Shown here: positions 58,980 through 64,000 of the stretch, in pieces | Numbering within the stretch: position 1 is the stretch's first letter | How the letters are laid out: every line of letters starts with the position of its first letter | Origin: an uncultured Oscillospiraceae bacterium | GTDB taxonomy: Bacteria; Bacillota; Clostridia; Christensenellales; CAG-138 | NCBI GenBank assembly: GCA_964495255.1 | Contig: CAZBVC010000005.1 | Span: forward strand, 20,496-84,495 | Reading direction: 5' to 3' | Length of the DNA: 64,000 nt | Translations under genes and position numbers: made by a program | The notes under the pieces: generated by a model | The model's input: the letters and a program-made list of their open reading frames with translations, nothing else | Databases searched by the model: none | What the model was told of the DNA's origin: nothing

Positions 58980-61394
58980 TTACGGTTGTTCTTTTCGGCG
59001 TATGCCAAGCCGCCTGCGAAGGAATTGTCCATTGAGCAGATCAACGATCGCGTCCAGCGCTTCCGCCGTGACGCCGCCTGACAAGAGCAGCATACGCAGC
59101 GGCGCGTCGGACATCATTTCATCCACCATTTTGAGCATCAGAGGGTCGTCGCCGAGCATTTTCTTTGTTTGCTTGTTCATCACGCGGGCGAGGACGCGGC
59201 CGAGCCGTTTATCCTGAATGTCGGAGAAGGTGGAATTGCGCGTGTGCGGCGTTCCGGCAATGCGCTCACGCGGCGGGAGCGCACGGCCGAGCAGCGCGGT
59301 AAACGCGCCGTCCGTTACGTTTTGTATGCCATCGGAAAGATCGTAGTAGCAGGGCGCGCTTTCGCGGTAATCCGGCACGGGATCGTCCAACGTGTCGGCG
59401 TGCTCCGCATGGAGCGTTGCCTCGCATCGAACGTCCCGGCTGGAAGCGCAGATACGGACGCCGTAAACGCCGTTCTCTGTGCGCCATGCCTGATGCCGAA
59501 CGTCATAGAAGGCAAGATCGCGCGCGGTGAGCGTGAACGTCGCCGTGGCGCGCTCGCCGGGCTTGAGGACGAACTTTTCAAAGCCCTTCAGCTCCTGCGC
59601 CGCCTTGAAGAGGGCGGACGCGGGCGGAGCGACGTAGAGCTGCACGATCTCCGCGCCTTCCCGATCGCCCGTGTTTACCACGTCTACCGATACGGTTGCG
59701 ACGTTTTCGACGTTGCCCGAAATGCGGAGGTTTTCGTAAGCAAACGATGTGTACGACAGACCGTGACCAAACGGGTAACGCACGGGTTTGTTTGCCGTAT
59801 CGTAATAGCGGTAGCCAACAAAGATGCTTTCGCGGTATTCGACCGTTTTTGCGTAGCCGGGGAAATATGGATAGGAGGGGTTGTCCTCCAGCCTAAGGCA
59901 CCACGTTTCCGCAAGCTTTCCGCATGGGGAAGCAAGGCCGAGCAGCAGATCCGCGATTGCGCCCGCACCGGCCTGCCCGCCGAGATAACCAAGCAGAATC
60001 GCCCGCGCGGAGCTTTCCCAGCCAAGGTCGATCACCGAGCCGCCGGAGAGAATCACAGCAACGTTGGGGTTGACCTTGGCGACGCGCTCGATCAGCCGAA
60101 TATGGCTCTCGGGCATGGAGATCTTTTGCCGATCAAAGCCCTCGGATTCATAGGCGTCGGGCAAACCGACGAAGAGATAAACAATCTCCTTCCCCTCGGC
60201 AATGCGGCAGGCCTCGGCGAGCTTTTCTTCATTCGGCGTATCGCTTTCCATGTCGTAGCCGTCGGCATAGTCGAACGACAATCCGAGCTTTGCCAATTCG
60301 TCGCATGCGTTGTCAAGCTGCGTAGGGTTGATCTTGGAGCTGCCCGCGCCCTGATAGCGCGGGGTCTTGGCGAACGCGCCGATGACCGCGGCGGGCTGCG
60401 AAGCGTTGCCGGGAAGCAGCGCGCCGTCGTTTTTGAGCAAAACGGCGCTTTCGCGCGCTGCGCGCCTTGCAAGCGCATGGTGCGCGCCCTTCGTCCCTTC
60501 GGCGGGCTGCCGCTGTTGGGATTTCAAAATCAGCTCGACGATGCGCACGGCGCTTTCGTCCAGCGTCTCGCTGCCGAGCGTGCCGACGCGAACGGAGGCG
60601 GCGACAGCTTTGTCATCGGCGTTCGCCGGGCCGGGCATCTCCAAATCCATACCCGCGCGCACCGCCGGCACACGATCGTTCGTGCCGCCCCAATCGGACA
60701 TGACGAGGCCGTCAAAGCCCCATTCGCCGCGCAGGATATCGGTAAGCAACATACGGCTGTCGCTCGCGTATGCGCCAAAGAGCTTATTATACGAGCTCAT
60801 GACCGTCCATGGACGCCCCTTTGTAACCGCGCGCTCGAATGCGGAGAGATAGATCTCGCGGAACGCGCGCTCGTCGCAGACGGACTCGGTGGTCATGCGG
60901 CGCGTTTCCTGATTGTTGAGCGCGAAGTGCTTGACCGATACGCCTACGCTTTGGCTCTGCACGCCGCTGATAAAGGCGGCGGCAAGCTCGCCCGCAAGGC
61001 AAGGATCCTCGCTGAAATATTCAAAATTCCGCCCGCAAAGCGGACTGCGCTTGATGTTGATCCCCGGACCGAGCACGACCGCGACGTCCTCCTCGCGGCA
61101 TTCCTCGCCGATCGCCTCGCCGATTTGATTGAGCAGCGCGCGATCGAACGAGCAGGTCGTAGCGGAGGCGGTTGGGAAGCAGGTGGCGGGCACGCTGCTG
61201 TTGATGCCGAGATGATCCGCGCTTTCCGCCTGCTTCCTTAGGCCGTGCGGGCCGTCGGTCACCATAATACGCGGCAAGCCCAGCCGTTCCAACCCTTTTA
61301 TATGCCAAAAATCGGCGCCCGAGGTAAGAGCGGCCTTTTCTTCGAGCGTCATTTGCGCAACCAATGCGAGCGCCCGTTGGTGTAGCTGTTCCAT
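58980..61394 (-). CDS. Glycoside hydrolase family 3 beta-glucosidase-like enzyme (804 aa, cytoplasmic)
   Basis: N-terminus MTLEEKAALTSGADFWH, DGPHGLRKQ, the nucleophile region MSDWGG and a C-terminal Fn3-like domain. No signal peptide. Confidence 0.9.
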   Translation of the reverse strand: MEQLHQRALALVAQMTLEEKAALTSGADFWHIKGLERLGLPRIMVTDGPHGLRKQAESADHLGINSSVPATCFPTASATTCSFDRALLNQIGEAIGEECREEDVAVVLGPGINIKRSPLCGRNFEYFSEDPCLAGELAAAFISGVQSQSVGVSVKHFALNNQETRRMTTESVCDERAFREIYLSAFERAVTKGRPWTVMSSYNKLFGAYASDSRMLLTDILRGEWGFDGLVMSDWGGTNDRVPAVRAGMDLEMPGPANADDKAVAASVRVGTLGSETLDESAVRIVELILKSQQRQPAEGTKGAHHALARRAARESAVLLKNDGALLPGNASQPAAVIGAFAKTPRYQGAGSSKINPTQLDNACDELAKLGLSFDYADGYDMESDTPNEEKLAEACRIAEGKEIVYLFVGLPDAYESEGFDRQKISMPESHIRLIERVAKVNPNVAVILSGGSVIDLGWESSARAILLGYLGGQAGAGAIADLLLGLASPCGKLAETWCLRLEDNPSYPYFPGYAKTVEYRESIFVGYRYYDTANKPVRYPFGHGLSYTSFAYENLRISGNVENVATVSVDVVNTGDREGAEIVQLYVAPPASALFKAAQELKGFEKFVLKPGERATATFTLTARDLAFYDVRHQAWRTENGVYGVRICASSRDVRCEATLHAEHADTLDDPVPDYRESAPCYYDLSDGIQNVTDGAFTALLGRALPPRERIAGTPHTRNSTFSDIQDKRLGRVLARVMNKQTKKMLGDDPLMLKMVDEMMSDAPLRMLLLSGGVTAEALDAIVDLLNGQFLRRRLGIRRKEQP

Positions 61395-61526
61395 TCGATT
61401 CTTCCTTTCCCTTATTGTGCGATTCAGTCGGCAGACGATCCCGATACGGCGTATCGACTTGGCGGGCGACCGCCTTGTGAGGGGAATCGCCCGCCGAGAA
61501 TCGGATCGTTGATGCGCGTGCGTGCG

Positions 61527-62216
61527 TTAATACTTTCCGCCGAGCGCCGCTTCGGCTTCCTCACGCGTAATCTCGCCGGCGTTGCATCTCGCCATGATCT
61601 GTACGTCCTTATCGCGCAGCTTGTACATGCGCAGCACAATCAGCGAAATCGCCGAGCCGATGGTGGGCGTGACGGCATAAATCAGCCAGAGCTTGTCCGA
61701 TAAACCGGGAAGCTGCGCCGCGCCTTCGCCCGAAACAAAGCCTGCCAGCGCCAGCAGGAACGTGCCGAGCGCAGTCGCAATCGCGGTCATGAGCTTGACC
61801 GAGAAGGTTTGCAGCGAGAACGCGATGCCGGAGGCGTTGATGCCAGTCTTGTACATGCCGTATTCCGCACAGTCCGGCGTAAACATGAACATCAAAATGG
61901 TCGTAACGCCGAGCGGGATGGCTTTGAGGAACGTCAATACGAGGAACAGCGTAAGGTCTTTGTACCCGACGAAACAGATTACGACGCCGAGCACGGTCAT
62001 CACGACGGTAGACCAGAAGTACAGCAGAAATTTGTCGACCTTCTTGCAGATCTTCGGAATAAAGACGCCGAGGATAATCGCCGGAAGAAGGCTCGCCAAT
62101 GAAAGAATAGACTGCATGGATTCCGCGCCGAGGCAATGCCGCGCAAAGTACATGCCGAGCGTGGTGGAGAGGTTGGTGGAGTAGGAGATGAACAGGGACA
62201 GATAATAAAAAGGAGC
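61527..62216 (-). pseudogene. 5'-truncated glycoside-pentoside-hexuronide (GPH):cation symporter (C-terminal half only)
   Basis: About 230 aa, corresponding to the last six or so TM helices of a transporter that is normally about 450-470 aa. The ORF's apparent N-terminus (to 62246) runs into unrelated lower-GC sequence. Confidence 0.7.
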
Positions 62217-62236
62217 AGAGGGAATTTGTAAGCGCG

Positions 62237-62710
62237 ATGAAATCACTTACATCAGCGCTTGATCCTACGCGGCCTGTGGTGGATAACGACGGGTGGGAGC
62301 ATGTAAACAGCGATTTGTTGACAATTCACGACTATGCGTCGGACGAAGCGATCCTACAAAAGCGTTATTCGATGCTTGAACAAATCATATCAGCCCGACC
62401 TGGTGGGCGTGCTATCTATGCAGAAGGTGCTGCATATCATGGGGAACCAATTATCCTTTCAGAATTTGGCGGAATCTCCTTTGGGGAAAAATGTCAAGGA
62501 GCATGGGGCTATTCCGTCGCAAAAAATCAGGAGGACTTTTTATTGCGCTTAAAGGCGGTATTTCGCCCTATACAAGATTCTCCCGTGCTGCAAGGCTACT
62601 GCTATACGCAGTTTACAGACGTCGACCAGGAAACGAATGGGCTTCTGACTTATGATCGCAAACCGAAGGTACCGCTCGAAACAATTGCCTCTTTACTCTC
62701 GCATCAATAA
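62237..62710 (+). pseudogene. 5'-truncated GH2 family glycosidase fragment (C-terminal part of the catalytic barrel)
   Basis: LDPTRPVV..., ILSEFGG (nucleophile region) and YCYTQFTDVDQETNGLLTYDRKPK match the end of GH2 barrels (compare E. coli GUS). Only 157 aa. Homology seems to begin near 62222. Confidence 0.7.
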
Positions 62711-63057
62711 CCACAATCGCGTTTTGCTCGATTTGGAACGTTGCTGCATCAGAAAAAGCAGGTTCCGGAGTACTTTGCTCTGCAAATACGTAAGCGTAAA
62801 GCCAACGAACGTCTATACAGCCAGGCGTAATCTTAGACAATTGATGGTGGAAGATAGATGCCTCTAGATGGTTTGCGATATCTTATTTGGGATAGCCTCG
62901 TGAGTTAGCCCTGCAGAGCGTACTGGGGTGGGGGCTTTCCCAAACCTTCGTGCAGGCAAGCAAAAGTGTTCCTTATGTTTGCCGCCGCAACAAAGGATGG
63001 ATTCTTTTTGTTTTTGTATTCTTGTTGTAAGAATGACCGTGTGTTATAATCCTAATT

Positions 63058-63894
63058 ATGAAGCGCGAAGTCTATTGTAAGCACAAAAGCAGTTTTGATC
63101 TTAGCTTGGACTATTGTGGTACGGAGACATGCAGTCCTGATTTCTATATGCCGCCGCATATTCGTAATGAGTATCTAGTTCATTATGTTTTGGACGGGAG
63201 CGGAACGTTTACTACGCCGCAGAAAGAATATGTTTTACGCAAGGGCGACGTTTTTTTGATATATCCGGGCTGCCCAACCAGCTATCATACCAGCCCAACA
63301 GAGCCGCTTCGGTTTTCATGGTTCAGCTTTTCCGGGTTGCAGGCTTCTTCCGTCATTCCTTTTTTGGGTTTTACTCCTGATTCGTGTGTGCGACAGCAGG
63401 ATCGCCAATACTCGATTCATGCAGAAATTTTAACCTGTATCGATATAATGGACACCACCCCATTTTGCAGCTCGCTGCTTTTATTATCGCATCTATATAA
63501 ACTCTTTTATCTGCTTTCTGAATCCTGCCACACAATTTCCACCAAGCGCAGCATAGTACAAGAACACATCCAAAATGCAACAACCTATATACAACTCAAC
63601 TACATCAAACCAATAACGGTGAATGACATCGCGATATTTGTCGGACTTGAGCGGAGTTACTTTTCGAAAGTCTTCCGAAATTGTACAGGGATGACTGCGC
63701 AGCAATACTTGATGAAGACGCGAATCGAGCAAGCAAAGCTTCTTCTGAATCAAACTGCCTATTCCGTTAAGGAGATCGCATTCTACATCGGCTTCACTGA
63801 TGAATGCTACTTTTCCCGCGTATTCAAAAAAACAGTTGGGACATCGCCCAGCCGGTATCGTTCGCTAACCCCGCCTGTCGTAGGCACTGAATAA
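63058..63894 (+). CDS. AraC family transcriptional regulator (cupin sensor + HTH_18)
   Basis: The N-terminal cupin part has YLVHYVLDGSGTF...GDVFLIYPG. The C-terminal part has two HTH motifs (...YFSKVFRNCTGMTAQQY..., ...YFSRVFKKTVGTSPSRY). GC content is clearly lower than the rest of the window. Confidence 0.85.
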   Translation: MKREVYCKHKSSFDLSLDYCGTETCSPDFYMPPHIRNEYLVHYVLDGSGTFTTPQKEYVLRKGDVFLIYPGCPTSYHTSPTEPLRFSWFSFSGLQASSVIPFLGFTPDSCVRQQDRQYSIHAEILTCIDIMDTTPFCSSLLLLSHLYKLFYLLSESCHTISTKRSIVQEHIQNATTYIQLNYIKPITVNDIAIFVGLERSYFSKVFRNCTGMTAQQYLMKTRIEQAKLLLNQTAYSVKEIAFYIGFTDECYFSRVFKKTVGTSPSRYRSLTPPVVGTE

Positions 63895-64000
63895 TCAGGC
63901 GATAAGAGCGCGCATGAAACTTCTTTTTCAGTGCCATTTCAAACCCCGGTTGCAAGCTGTTTGAGTTGCAAAATGAACCTTGTATCTGTCGAGCCTCCAA

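Noticed and set aside
58881-59081. 66-aa TTG-start ORF in the non-coding gap after the wHTH gene
   Set aside because: It uses a TTG start with poor spacing to the AAGAGGAG box, and half of it is antisense to the GH3 3' end. There are no recognisable features.
62711-63057. 347-nt low-GC non-coding stretch (with a CCTGCA...TGCAGG inverted repeat) examined for tRNA, sRNA or IS ends
   Set aside because: I found no tRNA-like T-loop or anticodon structure, no terminal inverted repeats matching another site in the window, and no transposase nearby. It most likely holds the AraC promoter region plus remnants of degraded genes.

Overview
This is a high-GC segment (roughly 60% or more by eye) from what looks like a spore-forming, anaerobic Clostridia-type chromosome. 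Markers for that call are a spoIVFA/spoIVFB-like pair, a class 3 FBPase, an AOR-type oxidoreductase and a radical-SAM/TIGR03936/RNase G block. I support about 50 protein genes. I saw no rRNA, tRNA, CRISPR array, transposase, integrase or phage genes.

Layout:
- 1-22.2 kb: a LacI-linked sugar island. It holds an esterase, an LplABC-type importer, two Gfo/Idh/MocA oxidoreductases, an FBA-type aldolase, an FGGY kinase, an AraA-like isomerase, two unrelated aminotransferases, a cytoplasmic BNR propeller, an HpcH aldolase, a PfkB kinase, a NanA/DapA-like lyase and an AKR. This mix fits no textbook pathway.
- 22.4-29.4 kb: HAD phosphatases, a polyferredoxin-AOR-MoaD module and fbp.
- 29.5-37.8 kb: one 2768-aa secreted multidomain protein.
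- 38.1-39.7 kb: an ABC permease and ATPase with no binding protein.
- 40.2-45.0 kb: a TetR-headed run of reductase-type proteins (FDBR-like, DVR/BLVRB-like SDR, DUF1295, split-barrel flavin-reductase-like). All of these families include members that act on tetrapyrroles or C=C bonds. This is my top candidate for an undescribed system.
- 45.2-49.1 kb: a second TetR operon (FGGY kinase, tandem class II aldolase-fold protein, GtrA).
- 49.1-58.3 kb: housekeeping and sporulation genes.
- 58.3-64 kb: expected synteny breaks. A GPH-GH3 pair is followed at about 62.22 kb by a head-to-head junction of two 5'-truncated genes, with a GC drop to roughly 45%.

All family calls come from reading the translations and motifs by eye. 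No searches were run. Many long ORFs in the track are antisense shadows typical of high-GC DNA and were discarded.
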